NCBI RefSeq assembly: GCF_009914755.1
Contig: NC_060934.1
Strand: one strand, 5' to 3'
Source of the DNA: the human T2T-CHM13v2.0 reference genome, Homo sapiens
Length of the DNA stretch: 64,000 bases
Below are positions 1-12,216 of the stretch, piece after piece (position 1 is the stretch's first letter; each line of letters opens with the position of its first letter). Both the position numbers and the translations under genes were made by a program. Under the pieces are notes generated by a model. It did no database searches, was not told the origin of the DNA, and was given only the letters and a program-made list of their open reading frames with translations.

Positions 1-445
1 TCCACGAGACTGGCTCTACCACCCTGACCAGAGAACGCCCTCTCCCTCAGCCCTAGTTTGCTCATCTGGAAACAGAAGCACCACCCCCTGACCTGCTTTT
101 CTCCAGGGTGTGCTGGAGACCCAGTGAGGGATTCACCAGAAGGACAAGTAGGAGGTCAGGAAAGGTGACAGCTCTGCCTGGAGGAGCTGGAGAGTCTAAC
201 TGCCTCTGAGGATGCCAAAGCTGCCCCCGGGGCCCGAAGCCTGGCTCGGCTCCTTGCTCTTAGCTCAGCTCCTGGCTCTTGGCCGGGCCTCCCTGAGGGC
301 TACTCCTTGGCTTCACATTTTCCTGCTGCTGGGCAGAGTGGGGTGGGACCCTGTGCTCCCTGCTGCCCCTGACTCTGGCTGACCCAGGGCCTACAGCATG
401 GCCAGGAATAAGAGAGTGTACGGAGGAAGGGTCCAAATTACTCAC

Positions 446-591
446 AAGAGAGAGTTTTTGGCCGCACTCACAATACAGGAGACCCTATCGGCATCCACAT
501 AGTCGTAGGTGAACTCTTCTGGGTCTGTCTTGGAGCCTGACTCAGAGAGCAGGAGACCCAGCCAGTGGCCCATTTCCTCGGAAGACTTGGC
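446..591 (-). CDS. AFAP1L2: AFAP1L2 exon 12 (AKSSEEMGHWLGLLL...YDYVDADRVSCIVSAAKNSL), 146 nt
   Basis: ttccag|GCC acceptor, TT|gtgagt donor, phase 0-2; end of PH2 and YDYV tyrosine motif. Confidence 0.96.
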
Positions 592-1417
592 CTGGAACGA
601 GGCCAAGAGAGACATAAGCAGGGCCAGGCAGTGCTGCCTGGTGCCAGCCCCTCCCCACCAGGCCATGACCGTACCCCTACCCCTGAGCCTGCCCACGAAA
701 GCCTCTGTAACAGCCCGGGGCTGTGCTTCTCCTGTTCACCAGCCTATCCCACCCCCCAGTGGCCCCAGATAATATTTCCTGTCGTCAGTGACATCTTGAT
801 GCCACCTCAATAATGCTGTGGACTTTTGTCCCAAGGGCCATATGAGATGTATATACACTGTGTTTCTAGGAGGTGAAAACTTATCACCAGGTGGTCACTA
901 TTAAAAACTGTTAGTGACCACCTGTTAATTAATAGTTTTTAAAATGATTAAAAAATTGTATGTCTTTTAAGTTGACACTTGTATTTTATGAACAATGCAT
1001 GTCATTCCCCCAATCCCATATACAACAAGACTTCCTGGATCCCCAAGAAATAACAACATTCAAATTTATTTTGTTCATGGCTTCAGTAAAGTCGGGACAT
1101 CTTTTAAATACCTTACACTAGCTCAGCTGCTAAATCATCATCAAAATCCCAGTGAATTTGGTATTTTTTTTTCCAGGGGACAATGCATTCTAATCAAATG
1201 CATCCATTGGGTACCTCAATTAAAATGTCCACACTGTTTCTTACCTTTATAATGAGAAAAAACTGCCCATTTAATCAAAGCTATAGGTTTATTTTGATGA
1301 GGAAAATCAGCCCCCTTTGGTATAACCCATAGCTCCATCACGTTTGCTGCTACATTCTCTTCATCAAAGAGGCCGTGATGAGCAGAATTTGACATTTAGT
1401 TGGTTTCCTTTTCCCAG

Positions 1418-1713
<296 letters not shown>

Positions 1714-2825
1714 CCCACTTAGTTTCAACTGGATTCTAAATACAGCTTTTCATGGGCCTCCCCTAGTCCAGGCTGCGTCTCTGCCCTGGACAGCTGCGAC
1801 AGCTTCCTAGCAGGTCCCTTCTTGCCCCCTCCGATCCACTCCCACCCCAGTAGCTGGAGGAAGCATCTCAAAACCCCGATCTGAGCTTGCCGCCCTCCCC
1901 TGAAAGCCATCAGGGCTCCGTTGCTCCTAGGATCAAGCCCTGTCCCTCCCGCTCCAGCCTGTCACCCAGACCCCAGTACAAGTCTATAGCACCCTCCCCA
2001 CTTCTTTCCAGCCATTGTAGCCCAGCGATTGGCTGGGTAATTTGCTGAATAACATCACACTCCCAAACTAGGATGTAAGTGCCACAAGGACGGAGTCCAT
2101 ATTGCTCTTGTCCACCATATTCCTGTGCTGAGAAGATGTCTGTTGATGGGGAACCTCTGAATGGATGAATATAAGCTACAAGCTGGACCCTGGGAAGCAA
2201 TTGCGATGTGGGTCTTTCAGCCACCAGAGGGCAGGATTGGAGCAAAGTTTGGATGAGGACCTCCACATCAAAGACTAAGTGAACGGACATTCACGGGCAA
2301 GTGTGTGCTTCCATGCGTGGAAGGGACTCGGTCTCCGCCTGCCGCAGCTTGCAAAGCGTTATGTCACTTCTTATTTTTGTAAACGTAACATCACATCAAA
2401 GGGAGGATGGGGAGCGAGAGGAATGTAATTGTATCACAAAGCGAATTTTTTCCCCCAGATAAGCTCTAACAGTGTGGTTTTTACGTACTGGGCCTAGAGG
2501 CTCTCCCAGCTGGTGATACCCAAACAAAACAACACCCACTTTGAATCCCCAGCAGCTTTTCCAGTAGCTCAGAGAACTAAAAATACTCCTTCTGCCCTAA
2601 GTGCAGGAAGTAGCGCATGGTTCCACTCTTATAACGCAACTACTCTGAGGTCAGAAAAGGAATGGAAATTTTTAAAAATGCAAACAATCTCAGGCAAACG
2701 AAGTAAAAATAACACGCGGGGACATTGATTCTCCCTTAGTAGCATTACAGTCCTGGAGACTGGCAGCAAACAGCCACCACCGCCACACCCTGGCTGGCCC
2801 TGCTCCCCCTGCAGGCCGGCGGTAC

Positions 2826-3037
2826 CTCAAGCTTGGCCAGCTCCTCGCCCTTGTGGAGGATGCGGAAGGAGTAGAGGTGGTCGGGGCTGGGGTCTGGGAC
2901 CACCTCGCAGCCCACCAGGCTGAGGGGTTGCTGGGCCACCTTGCTCCGGTTCCGGTCCTGGTAGAAGTGCAGGTGATTGTCCCTGACAGAGCACCAGCGA
3001 GACTTCCACTGGCTGTTCACCAGCACGTTCAGGTAAC
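2826..3037 (-). CDS. AFAP1L2: AFAP1L2 exon 11 (SYLNVLVNSQWKSRWCSV...EELAKLE), 212 nt, PH2
   Basis: cctcctgcag|GT acceptor, GAG|gtaccg donor, phase 1-0; PH-domain motif YLNVLVNSQWKSRWC. Confidence 0.96.
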
Positions 3038-4547
3038 CTGCAGGAGGAAGTGCAGATGCAGGAGGGGACAGGGCTGCAGGAGGGGACGCAGATGCAGGAG
3101 GGGGCGGGGCTTCGGGAGGGCACACAGATGCAGGAGGGGGCGGGGCTGCGGGAGGGGAAGCGGATGCGGATGCAAGAGGGGACTGGGCTCCAGGAGGGGA
3201 CGCAGATGCAGGAGGGGACCGGGCTGCAGGAGGGGACGCAGATGCAGGAGGGGACTGGGCTGCAGGAGGGGACTGGGCTGCAGGAGGGGACGCAGATGAA
3301 GTAGGGGGCGGGGCTGCGGGAGGGCATGCAGATAAAGGAGGGGGCGGGGCTGCGGGAGGAGACGTGGATGTGGGAGGGCACGCGGATGCAGGAGGGGATG
3401 CGGACGCAGGAGGGGACGGAGCTGCAGGAGGGGTCGCGGATGCAGGAGGGGACTGGGCTGCAGGAGGGAGCGGGGCTGCAGGAGAGAGCGGGGCTGCAGG
3501 AGGGGACGGCGCTGCAGAAGGAGATGCAGATGCAGATGCAGGAGGGGACGCAGGTGCAGGAGGGGACGCAGATGCAGGAGGGGACGGGGCTGCAGGAGGA
3601 GATGCAGGAGGGGGTGCAGGTACAGGAGGGGTTGGGGCTGCAGGAGGGGACACAGATGCAGGAGGGGGCGCAGATGCAGGAGGCGACGGGGCTGCAGAAG
3701 GAGATGCAGATGCAGGAGGGGATGCAGATGCAGGAGGAGATGCAGATGCAGGAGGGGATGCAGGTGCAGGAGGGGACGGGGCTGCAGGAGGGAGCGGGGC
3801 TGGAGGGGACGGGGCTACAGGAGGAGATGCAGATGCAGGAGGGGGTGCACGTACAGGACTGGTCGGGGCTGCAGGAGGGGACGCAGATGCAGGAGGCGTC
3901 GGGGCTGCAGGAGGGGAGGCAGATCCAGGAGGGGACGCGGGTGCAGGAGGGGACGCGGGTGCAGGAGGGGGCGCAGGGGCAGGAGGGGACGCGGGTGCAG
4001 GAGGGGACACAGGTGCAGGAGGGGACGGGGCTGCAGGAGGAGATGCAGATGCAGGGGGGGTGCAGGTACAGGAGGGGTCGGGGCTGCAGGAGGGGACGCA
4101 GATGCAGGAGGGGACGCAGATGCAGGAGGGGACACAGATGCAGAAGGGGGCGCAGATGCAGGAGGCGACGGGGCTGCAGAAGGAGATGCAGATGCAGGAG
4201 GGGATGCAGATGCAGGAGGGGATGCAGGTGCAGGAGGGGACGGGGCTGCAGGAGGGGATGGGGCTGCAGGAGGGAGCGGGGCTGCAGGAGGGGATGGGGC
4301 TACAGGAGGAGATGCAGATGCAGGAGGGGGTGCACGTACAGGACTGGTCGGGGCTGCAGGAGGGGACGCAGATGCAGGAGGCGTCGGGGCTGCAGGAGGG
4401 GACGCAGATCCAGGAGGGGACGCGGGGGCAGGAGGGGACGCGGGGGCAGGAGGGGACGCGGGGGCAGGAGGGGACGCGGGGGCAGGAGGGGACGCGGGGG
4501 CAGGAGGGGACGCGGGGGCAGGAGGGGATGCGGGGGCAGGAGGGCAT
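3038..4547. repeat. GC-rich minisatellite (VNTR), ~18-bp unit gcaggaggggacgcagat / gcaggaggggacggggct, roughly 80 units, in intron 10
   Basis: Direct reading of tandem units; explains the long low-complexity ORFs on both strands. Confidence 0.97.
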
Positions 4548-5971
4548 GGGTGTCTAGGTGTGTCCTAGGCTGGCACTGCCTCTAGGCTTCCTTAGAGTCC
4601 CCCAGATTCTCAGCTTCAGAACCCATCGGACACCTTCCCTGTCCTAAGGGATTGGAAGCTGCCCTGAGCTTTGGCTGGCTGAACCAGGCAATAGCGTGAA
4701 AATGCACAGCTACCTTCCTGCCTGGCCCAGTGGGGATCATGCATATCGCCAAGCCACATTAACACAAAGTGGAAGAATTAGAGACCAGGACTGAGATGAC
4801 ACACACACCCGTCACAATCCTCTGGACCACAGAGAACTTTGGATCATGAGAGGTGGGATCTCAGATCATTAAGCACCCCCAGTCCTGGGAAGGAGAGCAG
4901 CTGTATTCTCTCTCAGCCCTCCCCTAGCCGCAGGAAGCATACTTCACTGCTGAGTAGACATCCAGCAATCACCCAGCCACATCTCTTAAACAGTGACTCA
5001 CAGGGACTGAGCTCCCAGGCCAAACATCATGCCCCCTGAGGCCACTGCCTGGCACCCTGGCTGGAGAAGCCGGAGAATGCAAAGACACACCTCCTAGCCC
5101 ACCCCCACCACCCTGCCAGCCTCAAAACACAAGAAAACTCAACTGGGACTCAGGAAGGGAACCCAGAGATGGGACAATAATGGCCTTCAGGCCCCTGGAA
5201 GGATGACCCCCAATGTGGGACCCACTTGGGGATCAAGATACCAGGCCCACCCCAAGATATTTCCCAAGAAAGGCTTGTCGCTCCTCCTAACCTCAGTTTC
5301 CCTGAGTATGAGCTAAGGCTGTAGAGATGACCTCTAAGAGCCTACCTGCACCCATACCCTCTGCACCAGTACAGGGTTCTCATTGTCCCCTTCATAGTCT
5401 CGGTTGTTCCCATTTCAGAGTCATTGCTCCTGTCCACAAGCACCATTCCAGCCCATTCCACTCCTACATGCCCCTCAAGGCTCAGGTCCACAAAGCTATC
5501 TCTGACCACAGGGCAAGAAAAGTTCTCTCTGTCCCTGAGTCCTGATAGCTACGAAGATGGCACAGTGCGTGCTTATGGGTATAAAATCATCACCTCCCTC
5601 AGGCAGGCTGTGAGCTCTCAGTACTGTGCCTGCCATCCTTCTGCTTGGTCCCCTTTTAGCAAGGTCCCTGCTATATACCCTGTAAATATAGATCAAATGA
5701 ACATCATTTTTAAAAGAATACTAGGAGGACACCAATCAGTTACCCTTCACTTCCACAAAGGCCCCAACATTGCAGCAAGAGAGAGTTGGATCAGGCATAA
5801 AGAACTGCCTGCAGTAACAACAGACGGGAACCTGAGGGCTGCAGGCTCTCCATTCCTAGAGATGTTTACGGAAGACCTAAAACCCCCTGCCTTCGCTGTC
5901 TGAGCTCGCCTTCCTGCAGGTTCCAGCCCAGGAAATGAGCCTGTGGTCCCGGAGGTAGCTACAATTCTTAC

Positions 5972-6076
5972 TGGATGTCTCGAGGGACCTCTCCACAGGC
6001 TCCAGTGAGGTGGATTTCTTCCTGCCCAGATTCATTAGGTTGCTCAGTTTGAGGCCAGCAGAACATTTCTTCTTGA
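5972..6076 (-). CDS. AFAP1L2: AFAP1L2 exon 10 (VKKKCSAGLKLSNLMNLGRKKSTSLEPVERSLETS), 105 nt
   Basis: tgacag|TC acceptor, A|gtaag donor, phase 1-1. Confidence 0.95.
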
Positions 6077-6599
6077 CTGTCAAGATGAGACAGAAAGCAA
6101 TTCGTATTGCACGTGGTCCACCCACGTGCCCATGAGAGATGGAAAAAATAGCAAACCCATTTCCACTCCATCCACCCATCCCTCCCCGCTACATATGCGC
6201 GCACATATGCACGCATACACACACACACATCTCCTCAAACCAGGACCTGCAGGCCACAGTCAGGTGTCTTTAAAGTCACACACTCAAGAGGGGTACACAG
6301 ACTTCTTATAGAATATGCAACCACTTGAGAATCTTTACACACTGTACTGGCTCAAAGAGATTTGAAATAGGGTTAGCAAACAAGAAGAGATGGAAGAACA
6401 TTCTATCCCCAGCATTTCATGAAGCTTAACTTCAATTTGGCCGAGTCTCCCTTTTTCCTGGATCTAACAGCAGTATTTCCGAGTGGTTTATTAATAGGGG
6501 GCCATGTTAGAATCCGCTGCTAAAACCCATCAGGGTTGAGCCTGACAGCCCAGCCTCACAGCCTGGGACACCATTCCCCTCCCGACCACATGATGTTAC

Positions 6600-6684
6600 C
6601 GTCTTTGGTTTCTGGGACCTCAGGGTGGCCATCCACGGAGCTCCCATACTCTGAAGCCGACAGGTACTTCTCAGCTATATCTGG
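6600..6684 (-). CDS. AFAP1L2: AFAP1L2 exon 9 (PDIAEKYLSASEYGSSVDGHPEVPETKD), 85 nt
   Basis: ccatag|CCA acceptor, G|gtaac donor, phase 0-1. Confidence 0.93.
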
Positions 6685-8021
6685 CTATGGACAAAAGCGA
6701 CATGAATGGGGATCACTGGCTGGGAACAGTTACCTTGGAGACCACAATTGAAGGGAAAATAATAGATGGCTCTTGGTTGTATGCCAGAGGTCAGCTGAGC
6801 AAATCCCTGCCGGCCACCTAAACGGCAGAATCCAGGTCACTGGTAGGACATTGGCCCAGCTTCCAAATGGCTGCTCAACCTGATGTGACAGTGACCCTGT
6901 AGCCAGTGGGCAGGGCAAGCAGGCTGCTCAGGGGTGGCATTAGAGTCTGCATCCCCTATGATGTTAACTGTCAAGCTAGAAACCACTCATACTGAGAGTG
7001 TGAAGAAGTCTTTTGAGAGCTGACTGTTCTAGCAATGTGAGCTGGTTCGTCTGCACAGGAGCAGACCATGTGATTTGAGTCCTGGCCGGAGCATTCTGCT
7101 GCCAGGCTGGTGCCCAAGTTAAATGAGCCTCTCTGAGCCTCACTCTGCATGTGTCACATAGGGATGACATCCCAGTCTGCTCACAGGGGTGTTGGGGACT
7201 CAAGATGATCCCTAGAAAAGTGTAGCTGCTGCTACTGTTAGAACATGAAACCCTCAGAATATTCCAATCAAGCTGCGTTTAGAGAGTCACCGACTCCATA
7301 CCTCTGGAAAACAAGCTGACAGTCTCCCAAGCAACAGGACCGGCCTTAGGCAGGGTCCAGGGCCAGCAGTCCCTGGCCAAGGAAGCACTGCATGCCGAGT
7401 CTTTGAAGAAAACCCAACTTCTTTCCAACTTTTGTTTTCTTGTCAGTGGCCAAGGAATAAATGAGATAATGAAAAATGGCCCCTCCTGAGTCACTCTGGA
7501 ATCTGGAAGGACTGTGGGCTATTTCTCCATGTGGGATGACCTGTGCCTTCTGGAGAGTAAGTGGCCTCCTTTCTGCTCGAGCCCTCTGTGTGCCTCTTGT
7601 TTTCCTCCCTGCTGGGGTGGGGACCCCAAGAGGAGCCACAGTGATGTTCTGGCTGTTCTATGTGTGCCCACGCTTCAGGACACCTACCTGCAGGTACTCA
7701 GGGACAGGAAATGTGACCCCACAGGTGATGATCCTCCTTTTGGCCAGAACCTAATTCAACTTTTTCAGCCTTGACCTTTAAGCCTAAAGCTCCCCCGAAA
7801 GCACCATGCAAATGAGGACTACAGCCCTTTGGTTGCAATCAGCCTTGAGATAGCGCCCCAAGCCCAGAGGCGCTACTGAGGAATAAGGGGAAAGGAAGTG
7901 CCTCATAAAATCAATCTCCCTACTTAAGAATGCAGGCCAAAGTGACTGTTGTTCCAATAAAGCTTCCCCCTGTCTCCCCACTCGCCCACCCCCGGCACCT
8001 ACAAGCAAGAAAATATTTTAG

Positions 8022-8395
<374 letters not shown>

Positions 8396-8521
8396 TCAAG
8401 CATTGTATGTTTCTTATTAATTGGACTGAAATATAAAAACGAAGCTCCCAATTTTGCACTTTTAATTTTTACAGAGAAAACATGGAAGGGGACTCTCCCT
8501 CCAGGCAGGGCAGAGGCTTAC

Positions 8522-8611
8522 TTTCTGGCAGTTAAAGCGCTGGGCATCCGGGGTGTACTGGTTTCCTTCAGATGCTCCTTCGGAAGGCAGGCCGCTCACT
8601 TCCTGGATGAC
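8522..8611 (-). CDS. AFAP1L2: AFAP1L2 exon 8 (VIQEVSGLPSEGASEGNQYTPDAQRFNCQK), 90 nt
   Basis: cctcag|GTC acceptor, AAA|gtaag donor, phase 0-0. Confidence 0.95.
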
Positions 8612-10402
8612 CTGAGGCAAGAGGGAAGCCGTCAGCAGAGGCTGAGGTCCTCTGGCCAGCACTCACAGCCAGGCTGAAGCCAGGGCCCCTGCAGGTCAGG
8701 GGAGAGTGGGTGGAGGTGAGAGAGAAGATGAATTTCCAAGGAAGAGGACCCACCCGACCCCAGCCCCAAGGCCTGCATGTGGCCTCAGACCCAGCTGGGC
8801 AGGCTGCAGTGGGGAGGGCTCGTTGTTTAGCTCCTTTCCGCAGGTCCCACACGTTCATGGGCATGCGAGGGGGGGCCTTGGCAGCAAAGGCCAAAGATGA
8901 CCAGAGCCACCAGCCCAGGGCTCCGCGAGCCCCTTTCCTGCCACCATTCCAGGCAGGGCTACTGTTCTGTTGCAGGCGTGATCAACAACTGCCTTGCTAG
9001 ACAGTCCTCTGGCTTTTCAGAGGTCATGCAACTCTCTGTGGAGTCTCCACGCTGCCTGAGGAGCAGGCCTGCAAACTCCCTTGTTCCAACCACCCTCTGG
9101 CTCTCCCGACTCGCCTGCCGCCACCCACCCACCCGCCCGCCCGCCTCTGGGAAGGGGCCTCTTCACTGGCTTCATTGACCAGTGGAGGAAGAGGGTCTCT
9201 CTGTAAAGGCTGGACACAGAAAGGCTGTGCCTTCTGAAAGCGTTCTTGTCTTTGAAACCCCAAGCAGAGGCTATGGGGCAGGGGGTCTCAGGAAGAGGGC
9301 GTGAGACTCTGGGAAGGGAGGCTGGGTCCGGAAAAGGATAGGTGGGTTTGGGCAGTCAGAGGAACAGAGCCTGGGCTGGGGGCAGATGCAGAAAGTCAGC
9401 AGTGGCTCTGACTATGAAAGCATTGCCTCAGTCTGAGCCAGGGGCACTCCCTTCTTGCCGGGGGAACTCCCAGGGTGACCAGAAACACACTACCCACCTG
9501 GAAGCCCTTTGGAAACGCAGAATTAGTTAGAGTGATTTCATAGATCCCCCTCTTTCAGTCTATGCCTAGAGCAGTTTGTGGAAATGGGTTTCAAATCAGA
9601 AGAGCCCAAGAACTCCAGTTCGGGACTGTGGTCCACACTGAATATGCAACCCAGTGTCATAGGAAGAGCACAGGCACTAGGGTTGGCACCTGAGTGACAT
9701 TGAGCCTGAGCCTCAGCCACTGCATCTGTAAGCTGGGTCAATACCTTTGCCACGAGCCAGCTGTGAGCGCTTGTATGTCAAGCACCCAGCACAGGGCAGG
9801 CACATGGATTACCATCCCTATTAGCTTGGGCCAAATACACGGATGGCCCTGCCCAGGGAAAGTGCCACTAAGCCAGGAGTTCAGGAGTGGGGTGGGGGCA
9901 GGGTCATGCTTCCTGGGAAAAGCCCTGCCTTGTGCCTTCCTTTACTGGGACCGTCGTCCCATAGTCAGCATCTCCCGTTTACTGTCATATACCTGTCTCA
10001 CCCTGGGCATGGGTGCGGATATGCAGAATTGGGACACAGAGGTCCAAGGAAGGTAGATGGGCTTCACAAAGCCAATGCAGGTAGGTGGAGAGCCCATCAG
10101 ACAGGTGGACCAGCCCCCACTGCCAAAGCGCAAGAGTGGGCGGCTTCTGAGAGCAGGCATTTCCAGCCAAGTCCACCTCTGCACTTGTCTGAGCTGGGGG
10201 GAAGGGTCTCTCTGTGGAGGCTGGACACAGAAAGTCTGTGCCTGCTGAAAGCGTTCTTGTCTTTGAAACCACCAGCAGAGGCTATGGGGCCAGGGGCCTC
10301 AGGAAGAGGGCGTGAGAGTTTGGGGAGGGAGGCTAGGGGCCAGGGAGAAGATCGGTGGATTTGAGCAGTCAGAGGAACAGAGCGGGGAACTGGGGGCAAG
10401 AG

Positions 10403-10406
<4 letters not shown>

Positions 10407-10446
<40 letters not shown>
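10407..10446. repeat. (GT)20 microsatellite followed by a degenerate TG/CA-rich tract to ~10585
   Basis: Direct reading. Confidence 0.97.
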
Positions 10447-10448
<2 letters not shown>

Positions 10449-12036
10449 ATATACATGCGCAATGCATGCATGAGCAAAAATGTGTATGCAAATGTGCATA
10501 CATGTGCATTTGTCCGTGTGTGTACAAATGTATACATGAATGTGCATGTGTGCATATATGTGTGCAAATGAGTATGTGTGTGTAGTGGGTGAGGCAGGAG
10601 ACTGGGGTAAGAAACCAACAGCCCAGAGCTCTGGGTCCTAATCAGCTCTGCAGCCCAGGACAAGCCCCCCATTCCCTCTGGGCCTCAGTGGTCTTATCTG
10701 TACTATCCAAGTTTCACGGAGCACTCAGTATATACCAAGCACACAGTGCTAAGCACTTTGTGCACATTAAAGGATCCAGCCCCAAATCACTCAGCTAAAC
10801 AGGGGTGAAGCCAGGATTTGAACTCAGAGCCCTGGCTCTTAAATGCCCAGGGCTGGCCTTTCAGAGCTTGTTAGCTCTCTCAGGAACCCCACCCTACATG
10901 GAGATCTGTGAAGCCAAACCACAAACCTGTCTATGCAGTGGCCTTTTTCTACATACCACTGTCTTTCACCACTTGAAGATTTTGCAATAAAGATGGGGAT
11001 ACCTGTCAGCACCTTCTAGAAGCTTGGTTAGGACAGGCCTGGCATTTCCAAAACAATTAGTGGATTTACAAAAACAGCCTGCCTGCTCCAAATCTAGGAT
11101 ACTCAGCCTAGGGGTGGACCAGTGCCTCAGGCGGGTACTGAGGTCCTGTTTTACCACAGCGGTCCAGATCTGTTTCTGACAGGCTCGCCAAGGTGGTTAT
11201 GTTTAGCTGGGTGGCAGGTGGAGTGGGGTGGGGTGCGGGGTGGATAGAACGCTTCTGGGCTGAAGTGGTTGTGATGGGAGAGGGGGCAGCAGGAAGGAGG
11301 GGAGGGGCAGCAGGAAGGAGGGGAAGGGCTGCTCTGGCTCTCACTGGCCTCACCAGGGTCCCTGCTGGGTTTGGAGGTCCCTCTGGAACTGGGGATCCAT
11401 TCCTGGTGCAAACTTTACATCCGCTGGAAGCATCAAGCCCAGCTTTCACCTGAGGCAAGCAAGCCCCTCCCCAAGTGCCTCATAATCACACCCAGGGACG
11501 CGTGGGCAGAGTGGGCCACGTGCATTCGTGGTGGGAGGAGGCACAGCACTGTGTAGACGGGCCTCGGTCTGAGAACCAATGCTGCCACCACTTGGCAGAC
11601 GACTTTGATCCATCACCTCCATCCTTTGAGCCTTAATCACCACTCCTGTAAAATGGGGACATGAACATTCCCCAGCCATCCCCAGTGTGGTTACGTGGGT
11701 TAAAGATGCTAATAGTCCTGGGTCTATGGCAAATACGTGGCAAATGGCAGCGACATGTATTCTTCTTTAATAAGGAGGAGGGGGATGCCTCACTAAAGGC
11801 AAAAAGGGAAATGGATTTCAACTGCACCCAAGTCCGGGCTACTGGGGATTCAGAACTGGCAGCAGCACGCTGTAACCCATTTGCAGAAGACAGATCGTTA
11901 CCACTTAGAACACGGGAAGCCCTGCAAACTTGAAGGATCACAAATCCTCTACCCCTGACCCTATCATCCATCCCTTTAGAAAAGCTGGGGGCCACAACTC
12001 TAGGAACCCCTCCAAGTGGCTCGGTGTCGCCCTCAC

Positions 12037-12216
12037 CCTGAGCCACTGCTCAGCCTGGTCCTTGCTCTGCAGGCCCAGCACAATCACATCGGCATTCATC
12101 GGCGTGATCTTCAGCTTGTGCTCCTTCTTCCGCACTTGCTTCTCCTTGTGAATGACGCTGCTGCCCAGTAGGTTCACGTCCAGCTGAGGGCTGTGGTCCT
12201 TGGAGGACTTGTAGCA
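12037..12216 (-). CDS. AFAP1L2: AFAP1L2 exon 7 (CYKSSKDHSPQLDV...KDQAEQWLR), 180 nt, PH1
   Basis: ttccag|TGC acceptor, AGG|gtgagg donor, phase 0-0; PH C-terminal helix Trp. Confidence 0.96.

Noticed and set aside
2745-4547. 600-aa Pro/Ala/Ser/Cys-rich minus-strand ORF as a standalone protein
   Set aside because: Openness follows from a stop-free 18-bp unit; only the 212-nt exon 11 is real coding sequence, the ATG context is weak and the ORF runs through the exon-11 donor into intron.
3038-4547. CRISPR-like array
   Set aside because: Contiguous tandem units with no unique spacers, in a human intron with no cas genes.
3326-4585. 419-aa QEG-repeat (involucrin-like) and 397-aa Gly/Ala plus-strand ORFs
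   Set aside because: Alternative readings of the same VNTR; no promoter, splice or poly(A) support.
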